Part shown: positions 1 through 9,005 of the stretch, one piece after another
Layout: the number at the start of each line of letters is the position of its first letter
Numbering within the stretch: position 1 is the stretch's first letter
Assembly (NCBI GenBank): GCA_022813965.1
Contig: JALDZS010000041.1
Span: 124,001 to 149,270 of the forward strand
Reading direction: 5' to 3'
DNA: 25,270 nucleotides
Source: Toensbergia leucococca
Taxonomy: Eukaryota
Made by a program: the position numbers and the translations under genes
The notes under the pieces: model-generated
What the model was told of the DNA's origin: nothing
What the model saw: only the letters and a program-made list of their open reading frames with translations
Databases searched by the model: none

Positions 1-151
1 ACGCTGTTTAACTTCACGAGCACCGTTATAACGCTCTTTCTTCCACCATGTCTCCTGTCGTTCCATCCTCCCTTCTTCCTTCTCATCTCCAAACACCCTC
101 GTCTCTACCTATTACAGCATATTCAGGCAAGACTGCCTATCATTCCATACC

Positions 152-1204
152 ATGTCGGACCGAGATTTCGGCAGTGAGCATCTTTTTCCGTCGGCAGAGC
201 TCCATTTACTGACCTCGTGGAAGGTGCCGAAGATCTGTCACTGCCAAAGGGTATGTTTATGAAACACTCAGTTGCCTTTCTCGCCTGTCTCCAATTACTT
301 CTCTGCATTGAAACCTCCACTCTGTACTCTTATCACCGAATATACACACAATGGAGGATGTAAGCTTGAAACGTGCACGGCCCTATGATTCAGACGTGGA
401 GGAGTCACCAGCCAAGAGGACAGAGGCGGACATTCTTGCTATGTTTGACGAGCTTTTCCAAGAATATCAAGAGGAATTTTCCACTTTAGAAGAGGAATAT
501 TTCGCTTTAGAAGAGGAATCTTTCGCTCCACAAGAGGAATCTTCCGCTCCACAAGAGGAATCTTCCACTTCAGAACGTCACACGCCTCGATGGTTGCAGA
601 AATCCCGAGCTGAAAGAGCTGCACATGTGAAGAAAGTAAGGCGGGATAGATTAGCGGTTGGTCGAAGTGGGCGGGGTGCGCAGGTCCCGTAACTACCAGA
701 CCATTTACTTCCCTATTCAACATCGTCCTCTAGCTTATATCACATCCCGAACGCGCTGCTAATGAGTATTTGCTTTTAGCAACGGTTAAAAAGATCATCA
801 GCGAAATTCTGGCCAAAGAGGTCGGCGTCTCCGTCGAAAAAGATGCTATCGGCCTTGTCATCAACACTTGCATTGAATACGTCACTCTCATAACGTCTGA
901 AGCCAATGAGATATCGGAAAAAGAGGCCAAGAAGACCATCGGGCTCGAACATATTGGGAAGGCACTGGATGAATTGGGGTTTTCCGAATTTGTTCCCGAG
1001 GTCATGGCGGCAGGTGAGGAGCACAAAGAGCAAATGAAGGTGAGGCGTCCTAACGGAAGTGGTGACGAAGAAGCACTGATCGTTTAGGGGCGCGAAAAAA
1101 AGACGAGTAAGATGGACCAAAGCGGACTCTCGCACGAGGAGCTCTACGAAAAGCAGCAGGAGCTTCTCAAGGCCTCGGGAGACAAATTTCAGCAGGGTGA
1201 ATAG
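152..1204 (+). CDS. ncb2: Negative cofactor 2 beta subunit (NC2-beta/Dr1, CBF/NF-Y histone-fold), 4 exons: 152-173, 224-250, 780-1039, 1088-1204; 141 aa
   Basis: Spliced product MSDRDFGSAEDLSLPKATVKKIISEIL...CIEYVTLITSEANEISEKEAKKTIGLEHIGKALDELGF...GREKKTSKMDQSGLSHEELYEKQQELL matches the Ncb2/Dr1 pattern. Introns are 174-223 (GTGAGC..ACTGAC..AAG), 251-779 (GTATGT..GCTAAT..TAG) and 1040-1087 (GTGAGG..ACTGAT..TAG), and all keep frame. Confidence 0.93.
351..692 (+). CDS. Possible nested ORF or alternative first exon inside ncb2 intron 2 (113 aa, acidic repeat then basic tail)
   Basis: ATG in good context (CACAATGG) follows a CT-rich tract. The frame is open for 113 codons and contains an in-frame 21-bp repeat. 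No homology recognised. Confidence 0.4.
   Translation: MEDVSLKRARPYDSDVEESPAKRTEADILAMFDELFQEYQEEFSTLEEEYFALEEESFAPQEESSAPQEESSTSERHTPRWLQKSRAERAAHVKKVRRDRLAVGRSGRGAQVP
468..572 (+). repeat. 21-bp minisatellite, 5 degenerate copies (SAAGAGGAAT-initiated units), encoding (Q/E)EExxxx heptads
   Basis: Units: caagaggaattttccacttta / gaagaggaatatttcgcttta / gaagaggaatctttcgctcca / caagaggaatcttccgctcca / caagaggaatcttccacttca. Confidence 0.92.
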
Positions 1205-2058
1205 GGTATGAGACATTTAGACGATGAGAAAGCAATTGGTGTTCAGGAGTGACATGGCGTTATCGACTATTGGCCTGGCTGATTTCCGAGAGCTTACTTT
1301 AGAGGCATTCGCGAGGGATGCAGTATACCGTTCTTAGTATTTCAATAGTGTATCTTGTTGAACGAGCCCAGCAGAGTCTACCTCCAAATTCCTAGAGTAT
1401 GATGAATTCACCTTTCCTCCTTCATTCACCATGCCAACCTTCTCTCACTATAAGTATTCTCCCCTACCATAGATATCTTATGTTAAGAAATTGCACTTCT
1501 CTAGCCCTATGCTTAGCGAGTGTAACATATTTGCCTTACCTTAAATGGCAGTTCTCCTCCTTAGCTATAATCAACCGTCATCAACACTGCTCTATATTTA
1601 AGATCGTCTGCTTATTTAAACTTTGCAGCTGCTCAGAGAAAGAACACCAAACACTACACCATTGTACCAGCGCCATTAGAAATCGAACCTAATGTGACTA
1701 TTGAATGAAATGCCACTCGGGCTCATGCTCGGATTCCCCACTTACCTGACTCGTCTAGGCTTAGCTTTGAAACTTGCTCACGGTCTACCATTTGCAGAAG
1801 TATCTTACATATCCTGTTTCGACCTGACTTAAGAGGACGAAGGTTAGGTGGATTTACCTAGCCTATATATACCTATTGATATCCGATTCCTTATTCTTCT
1901 TCTGCAGTTTTCTTGCTGTTGTCAAATTCAGACCGGCTGCCTTTCACTTTCTTCTACATACCAACGGTCTTGTTCTCTATATATACACTGCTGCTCTTCT
2001 GAATTAGACTCTGCATAGATAATTAACCCCCTACAAAGCCAACTCTCACTCTCAAAAC

Positions 2059-3358
2059 ATGACAGAGGTCACGGCTTGTCATTCTGTACTGGATCCATAT
2101 GGCGACATCACTCTGCTATTGGAGAACGGCGAGTACAGCGTCCGAGTCTCGAGCCATGTCCTCCGTCTTGCCTCTCCTGTATTTGCAGCAATGTTCAGTC
2201 CCGATTCGCACTTCCTGAAGGCCGACGCCTCGAAAGATGGAACCACGCACGTCAGTTTGCCAGAAGATCAATTTGAGCCAATGGATCTAGCATTGAAAAT
2301 AATGCATCACAAGAACGAAACACTGCCTGAAGAGATCGAGGACCTGCTCCTTGACCAACTTGCAGAGGTTTGTGACAAATACGACCTACTCAATTGCATT
2401 CGCCTTTGGGTTGAACTGTGGTCTAAGCCTATCTTGGACGAGTTAATGGGGCCAGGACAACAAATGGGCCGCCTTGAACTCCGCGAGACCAATTTGGACA
2501 CGGATTGGCTCTTTCTGTCTGTGGTCTTTGAAAATGACAAAGCTTTCGAAGAAGTCACAAGATGTGCTATTCTGAACAGCGAAATCTCTGAGACAGGATC
2601 TTTGGATCTTGAAGGGTCGGACGAAGGTGTTCCCAGCTGGGTTTTAGGTAAGATACGCTCCGGCAATCATGTGCATGGACCTAGAAAGCTGAGAGACGGG
2701 TGAAGATCGCATTAAAATCCGTCGAAAAGAAGTTTTGCTGCAAATTGTGGCTCTTGTTCGAACTTTCGCGGACGGCTTGCTTTCCGAGGAGGAATCTTCC
2801 CCTCGGACCTGTCGACACACTGATGATCCCACAGGCCAAGAAATCTGCGATGCCGCCAATCTCGGATACCTTGCGCGATATTTCCCAGAGCTACTGTCGG
2901 GAACGGCGTCTGATGCCGACTATGATCATGAGAGCGTACGGTCTTATATAGAAAGACTTCGGCATACGAGGGGATTGTGTAAACGCATCTCATATAAAAA
3001 AAACGGTCGGAAACATACTCACTATGACTGCGACGCCGAGACCAGGCTGATCCCATCCATCGCCAGCGTGTTCAATGCTGTCGGAGGCTTGAGTTTTCAG
3101 TCGGAACCCAAATTCCTGATTTGTGTGAAAGTTGGGCCGGACCGCACCCTCAAGCTTAATTGTTTTGGTTCGAGGACAGTCGAGGATGTGAGGCGCAAGG
3201 TTGCAAAGTTGGAAGGAGGTGATAAAGATTGGTCTCATGATGCGAAAATGGTCAGAGGGGAGCTCCTTTGGAACGGGTCTAATCTCCTGGATGATTTGAC
3301 GGTGGAAACCCTGAAGACGAGAGCAGGCGATGAGCTACATCTGGAGTGGAGACGGTGA
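2059..3358 (+). CDS. BTB/POZ domain protein with C-terminal ubiquitin-like domain; exons 2059-2647, 2706-3358; 413 aa
   Basis: The N-terminus LDPYGDITLLL...VRVSSHVLRLASPVFAAMF...LPEDQFEPMDLALKIMHH...LAEVCDKYD is the typical fungal BTB pattern. Intron 2648-2705 (GTAAGA..GCTGAG..AAG) joins the two track ORFs in frame (G|AT = Asp). The last ~80 aa align by eye with ubiquitin. Confidence 0.85.
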
Positions 3359-3853
3359 TGGCATATAATGTGGTACCGTATTAACTGGTACCTAAGCCGA
3401 GAGTCTTATAACCCAACTATCGTCTGAAGGCCGGATCGAGCCATGTCTTGTAATCTAATAGTATCTTATGAACCGTTCCTCGGACAAGATCTAGGTAGAG
3501 ACTCAACACATTCACTGCTGTTGATTTTATCGAGCTGATCGCGAATAGGAAGCCATTTGTATATGGGATTGCAGTTAGTGGGTCATGTGCAAAAGCATGC
3601 CCTATCTGACTTTTGAGCATGATTCTTACATGCGTGCTCATTTGGCTTGTGTTATCTTGGGAATTGCCTATTGGTGCAGCTGCACCTCATATCCCCGCCA
3701 AAAAAATATAGACCAGGCTTACTCATCTTTTCTCCCTGAGAAGACTCATCGTCCCAGTCTGTCGGTTCAGATGAAATAAAGTAAGGCACTTCGGTTTGGT
3801 AAATATGGAAATAAGGTCGAGTCTGAAGGAAAGGGGATCAGAGTCATGGTGGA

Positions 3854-4190
3854 TAATCGGGATGTCGGTGAATCGGCATTGATCTGTCCCCGTCCCCGTC
3901 TATTTTCAGTCTTTTATGCGCAAGCGTTGAAGCGCCATCCTCATCTTCAGCCTTAAAGTACTCAGAGGCTGATCAATTGGTGACATATCAAAAAGTATCA
4001 AGCCTCTTCTTTGCTATTCAAGTCATCTCTCGTTCCTTTCTCCTTTTCTGCATTGGCCATGTTTCTCCTTCTGTTCTGTATTTGCTCAACAGGCAACAGC
4101 CACGTCACATTATGAAGATACAAAGACTGATCTGACTTGTTAGCGTCGATGCGGGGACAGATCAATGCCGATTCACCGACCTCCCAATTA
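3854..4190. mobile_element. MITE-like non-autonomous element: 39-bp terminal inverted repeats (3854-3892 / 4152-4190), outermost TA possibly a target-site duplication
   Basis: GTCGGTGAATCGGCATTGATCTGTCCCCG (3864-3892) is the exact reverse complement of 4152-4180. The match extends outward to 39 bp with 2 mismatches, ending in TA on both sides. No transposase ORF inside. Confidence 0.6.
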
Positions 4191-4537
4191 ACGCGGAGCG
4201 AAGGATTCATCGCACAGTCATAGGTAGGGCTAATCTTCTGTTCTAGGCCTGTAGCGCTCGCGCCACACTCTAAGAAGTTTAGCCATAAGGTATTTCTAGT
4301 AATGAAGATGCTTTCAGCTCAATACTCTATTAGCTCGAGGCTCTGACCCCGACCACTCACAGGAATCACATGGGTGGCAGCGTGGCATGCTTGAGCCTGG
4401 CAGAGTGGCAGGCAGGCAGGGCTGGTCAAGATGTTCTAAGTGATCTGCATCTAGAGAAAATCATCTCTGTTCTCTTGCCAAAATATTGAATTGAGGCAAG
4501 CAAACTAAAATCCGCTCACGGTGTGATCGATCCAGCC

Positions 4538-6523
4538 ATGGAAGGCAATAGGACCAACGCCTCTATCTGGGAGAAGTTTCTCGTCGTTCCAGCACTTCTG
4601 CTCACGACTCTCGTTGCCACAACGCTTTTTGCTACCAGACTTGACCACTGGGCGAGCTCCCCAGCTTTTGCGAACTTTGTCGTCTTAAATCGATCGGCTT
4701 CGGGTATCTTTGTCCAGATCATATCCCACATCTTAGGCATGATACATGTTTATACTTTATGTAAGTCAACCACTCCGCATCTTGTTCTTTGTCGTCTGAT
4801 AGCTGACTTCACAAATTGTCAAGGTACTACGATTAATTTGTCTAGCCGTGCATATCTATCCAATAAATCTTTTCCTCTAGTTCTTGTCAAGTTTCTCAAT
4901 GCCATTTGTGGAAACCGCCTCGATTTATCGCTGCCATGGCTTCACCGTTTTGCATTGATCATGTTCATCGTCATCACCCTTCTCCCATCAGCTTTATGGG
5001 CTGGCGCGCTCACTCCAGTACTTTCACTCAAAAACACGGCACAGCAGATAATGCTACCTGCATATTCAAACACAACGCTTCTGAAGGGCATGCCATATCA
5101 TTCTGCTCTACGTAATATATATAACGTGAACACCGACAAAGGCCTGTTCACTTATGCCCCTGAATTCGACTTACAGGGGACGATGCTTGACTTGGCTGCT
5201 GGTGCCTCGAATCGGACACGCGGTACGAATACTACAAGTGCTCACAGCAAACTTGACAAAACCAATTATGTCTACGCACAAAGAAGCTATGGTGTTGGCG
5301 CTTCCGTGGGTCTCACCGATGATGGACTTCTTGACTCCACCAAGAGGTACAAATACTATGAGCTCGGATTCCAGGCAGAGACATCATGTATCTACAATGA
5401 AACGTCAAATTTTTATCTCTCGGATAATATTTTACCTGAAGATTCAGGTTGGCTGCTTGAAGTGTTCGAAGCTGCTGGCTCGCTTCCTTGGGGAAACGAC
5501 AACATAAATTTCGCTACTGTGGGCTTCAACTCTGGTGCAATAGTGGCCCTTATCACGGCATCCAACGACTCAAACCACATTCTCGCTATCACCACAGGAG
5601 CCAACGGAACAGAGTACTATGCTCGCTTGAATGACATTCAATGCGACATTTCTTTCACTCCCAGGAATTTCTCCGTTGCCGTTGACAGAGAGAATCAGAC
5701 TGTTTCTGTCTCTGCCATGGACGCAGCGCCTGTGGCTTGGCCTTCTTACGGCGACATGGTCGTCGATGGGGCTGTCCTCGGTATTTCTACCATGGCTCAG
5801 GCGTTATGCTCGACAACGTATGTTTCAATCCTCGGCCAGACGCTCATGTACAATGTTGCAAACGTTGAAGCAGCTCAAGGCATCAGCAACTCCTCCAACC
5901 TGCTAGGTGTAGCTGACGCGGTAACGTCGGTGATGGACAACTTCCTCGTCTCTTATGCTTCTGCACAACTCATGGTTGCGAAGGATCAGGTCAAGGCAGG
6001 GGTGGAATCACAAGTCACTGCTCTGGTGATTGGGACCCCGGCATACGTTTTCCCTATCTTCGCTCTGAACTTGGTCATATGCTTGGTGTACTTGATCGAG
6101 GTGTTTCGTACTAGAGGTTGGCGCCATTTACCGAGGTTCAACTTCATGGATATTAAGAGCGTGATAATCGGCACTTCAATAGGAGGTCCCGCTATCGCAG
6201 ACAGAGCGAAGAAATTGCATGACGCGCAATCATCGGTCCGGCATCCTGACAAAGATGATCATGCCGCCGACCATATTCACATACAACTCGATCAGACGCC
6301 TAGAAATGCCGTGGCTATCGTTCTTGCGGCTGAGGAGAAAGAGCAGTCATTTCAGCCATCTCCGATCCATTTAGGAAGCAAACGCCGAGAAGGTGACGGC
6401 GTATTCTTATTGCAGGACTTTGGTGTTCCGGGCAACCCAACTACTGGATCGGAGATTACAGAGCCCGATAGTTCCTTCTCCAGTTCTTTTCAAGAGTATG
6501 AGGGGATGCACCAGCACAGGTAA
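4538..6523 (+). CDS. Uncharacterised membrane glycoprotein (N-terminal TM segments, large N-glycosylated lumenal domain, C-terminal TM); exons 4538-4760, 4824-6523; ~640 aa
   Basis: Long ORF with hydrophobic stretches (FLVVPALLLTTLVATTLF; FALIMFIVITLLPSALWAGALTP; YVFPIFALNLVICLVYLI) and many NxS/T sequons. It has a clear 63-bp intron at 4761-4823 (GTAAGT..GCTGAC..AAG) that is in frame and stop-free. Confidence 0.82.
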   Translation: MEGNRTNASIWEKFLVVPALLLTTLVATTLFATRLDHWASSPAFANFVVLNRSASGIFVQIISHILGMIHVYTLCKSTTPHLVLCRLIADFTNCQGTTINLSSRAYLSNKSFPLVLVKFLNAICGNRLDLSLPWLHRFALIMFIVITLLPSALWAGALTPVLSLKNTAQQIMLPAYSNTTLLKGMPYHSALRNIYNVNTDKGLFTYAPEFDLQGTMLDLAAGASNRTRGTNTTSAHSKLDKTNYVYAQRSYGVGASVGLTDDGLLDSTKRYKYYELGFQAETSCIYNETSNFYLSDNILPEDSGWLLEVFEAAGSLPWGNDNINFATVGFNSGAIVALITASNDSNHILAITTGANGTEYYARLNDIQCDISFTPRNFSVAVDRENQTVSVSAMDAAPVAWPSYGDMVVDGAVLGISTMAQALCSTTYVSILGQTLMYNVANVEAAQGISNSSNLLGVADAVTSVMDNFLVSYASAQLMVAKDQVKAGVESQVTALVIGTPAYVFPIFALNLVICLVYLIEVFRTRGWRHLPRFNFMDIKSVIIGTSIGGPAIADRAKKLHDAQSSVRHPDKDDHAADHIHIQLDQTPRNAVAIVLAAEEKEQSFQPSPIHLGSKRREGDGVFLLQDFGVPGNPTTGSEITEPDSSFSSSFQEYEGMHQHR

Positions 6524-7543
6524 AGGACTCGGGACAGCAGATTGAGTCCCATCGGTACCAATCAATGGGATTTGTTGTGCTAGAAGCAGCCGAACTTTTC
6601 ATCCTGTCAACTGAAGAAGCCAAATTGGACGAGTCGAAAGACTAGGATGATAAATACAAATTTGTTGGCTAGGCTGACAAGAAGGTGGATCAAGTCGAGG
6701 AAGGATATGACGTGGACGAGACGACCTTATCCCTAGAGAAGAAGCTACGGCATGAGACGTGTCATTCGTTCACGTTCGTGAAAGTGGTAAGAATCCGAGT
6801 CTGTCATAAAGGGTTGCAAGCCAATATGGCATTGCATGGACTTGATATGCCCACCAAGACACTCCGATCCGAAACACATGGCATAAGCGGCACGAAGCGG
6901 TACTTCACACTATTAACGATTACAGGTGAACGCTTTGTACATTGTGACATCAATAGCCATGTATCTCAGGTTCTAGATTCCACCTGTTATCGTGCCGTTG
7001 AGAAAAAATACGAATTGGTTTCGCATAGGATACCTTTGGTCATGCTCGGCTGCCACGAGAACTGTAGGTGTTGGATGAGACGGACGGTATGTGGGAAGAA
7101 TGCTGAGACCTTTTCAAAGCCATCATTGTACACTTATCACTTGACTTGTATATAACTCTTGGTGATATGACGAGTTTACGCTAGTCAACGGCCTTCAATC
7201 CATCAAGCGAGAAATTGATCTTGTCTCAAGATTTCGAAAATTTTCTTTGAAAGAGTTCTTTGCAAAACCCTCGCAACTTCTGTGGGTCCTTTGGAAACTT
7301 TGGTGCTCGGATTTGCATCAAACGAAAACGCGCCTTTGGATTCATTGCACGTGTAATTCCTTGAAAACAATTGTCTTGAATCTCATACTGCTCATGGCCA
7401 TTTGAATTCAATACATCTTCACTGCAGTGCCTGAAAAGGAGACTCGATTTCCCAGCGCAGCACAAGATATTCTGGAATTGAAACCTTAACAAGATAGGAA
7501 ATGTTCCTATTTTCTTCCATATTGTAAGATCCTCCGGAAGTCA

Positions 7544-7584
7544 GAGTGAAAGAGGGAGAGAAAGAGAGAAAGAGAAAGAGAAAA
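7544..7584 (+). repeat. GA-rich low-complexity tract
   Basis: gagtgaaagagggagagaaagagagaaagagaaagagaaaa. Confidence 0.7.
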
Positions 7585-8544
7585 GGTGGGGATTGTATCA
7601 AAGCTGGATGGATGGATCCTAGCCATAAGCAAGAAAAGGGACATATGAACATGGAGAGCATATGAGAGAGCACGGAGTGCATAGAGGAAGAGCTGCGAAG
7701 CTGGATAAGTAAACCAGTCCCACCTACTCCACCGAAGACTGTTCGCCACTTGCGAGGACGGTGAATCCTTCATTCCGTACGAATACCACATGCACGTAAT
7801 CTGCTTCCAAGACTTGTGATGCTGCCATCTAAGCTCCACCCACTACGGATATGATATTGGTTACGAAGAACCCTCGAACGTCTTCGGCGACGGCGAGGGC
7901 TATTTTGCCGCTTCTGCTTCCGTACCTGATCTTGAACCAGTATGTAAGGCACCATGACTCTCAAATTCGTAAGTTCCCACTCCTCCTTCCTTTTACATAT
8001 TAGTGTTTCATTGCTTTGCAGTCTCGGTAGTTTCAGCCACTCCCATACGCCACCAATCCTTCAGTCCCTCTCATACTAGAGAAGATTTAGATAATGCATC
8101 CATGTTGGGCAGTAACAATCTGGATGCACCGTAATTTGTTTTGATGGAAAGGATATCAAAGGCGAAAGACAAAAAAGCGAAGTGCATGAGCTGAGTGCCA
8201 CATAAGGACATGGCGTTGAGGCTGAATGAGAAATGATGGCATGATACTCGGCGGTGTAAAGAATTCTGAAGTGGCAGAACCTCGAATGGTGTTAGAATAG
8301 TGTTAGTCAATACATACTTCTAGATTGTTAGATGTGAGAAAAGGAGACTTGGATTGCTTGAATTTACTCATACACTTGACTATATTACTCGTTTGAATCG
8401 ATCAGTACAAAAGATTACAGATACGAGATCCGTAAGATCACGACATTAAGGTACCTTAAGGTAGTCGATGGAACTTCGTCCCGTAAGGCGAGAGGCGAAT
8501 ATGATGAATATGACGTAGGGCCAAGGCTAAACCTACCAACCCAA

Positions 8545-8555
8545 GTACGGAGTAC
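8545..8555 (+). promoter_or_regulatory. GTACGGAGTAC motif upstream of the tyrosine phosphatase gene
   Basis: One of four exact TACTCCGTAC/GTACGGAGTA copies found, all intergenic and 5' of a gene. Function is inferred. Confidence 0.4.
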
Positions 8556-9005
8556 CTTTTTATTAGTGTCTGTGTGTACCAATGACTACTAGTCCCTCTC
8601 CAGGTCCAGAGAGGCACTAGGTAGTAGGCACTCTTACAAAGATAAAGCACCCTCACCCTTCCATTGATCTCACGGGACTAGAATATCTTCCTCGTTCTTC
8701 TGTCATTTTGCTTCTGTCAAGAAAACTCTCTTCGCTTCCCAAGCCCGTTACAGGAGTCTGGAACATTATTCCCTTGTCGATCCTCCCGAATATCTCGCCG
8801 ATCCAACATCTAGACATTCTAGATATTCCCCTCTTTCTTCGAACCTCCCTACCCAGCCTCTGACATTTCCGTGGGCAATCATTCTCGAGCGTCTGAAGCA
8901 GGAGTCTCAAATGACGCGAGGATAATCTGGCTCGAGGTAAGAGAAGGCACATCCTCCCATGCCTTGTAATGGCAAGTGCGACTAACACCAAATAGAAGTC
9001 ACTCA

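Noticed and set aside
468..572. CRISPR-like array
   Set aside because: Units are contiguous with no unique spacers, the context is eukaryotic and there are no cas genes. It is a minisatellite.
770..1087. Track ORF of 105 aa as a complete gene
   Set aside because: It is ncb2 exon 3 plus flanking intron sequence. The true start is at 152 and the stop at 1204.
7051..7064. 14-bp match TGCCACGAGAACTG also at 22516-22529
   Set aside because: A couple of 14-mer matches are expected by chance in 25 kb, and the flanks do not align.
6685..7155. 156-aa ORF
   Set aside because: GTG start, no recognisable motif or coding-like composition. Probably spurious.
7200..8310. Fragments vaguely resembling a decayed F-box/LRR-type gene (e.g. 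GPLETLVLGF..PLDSLH, SSLQCL)
   Set aside because: Multiple stops and frame changes, and the similarity is too weak to support without BLASTX.
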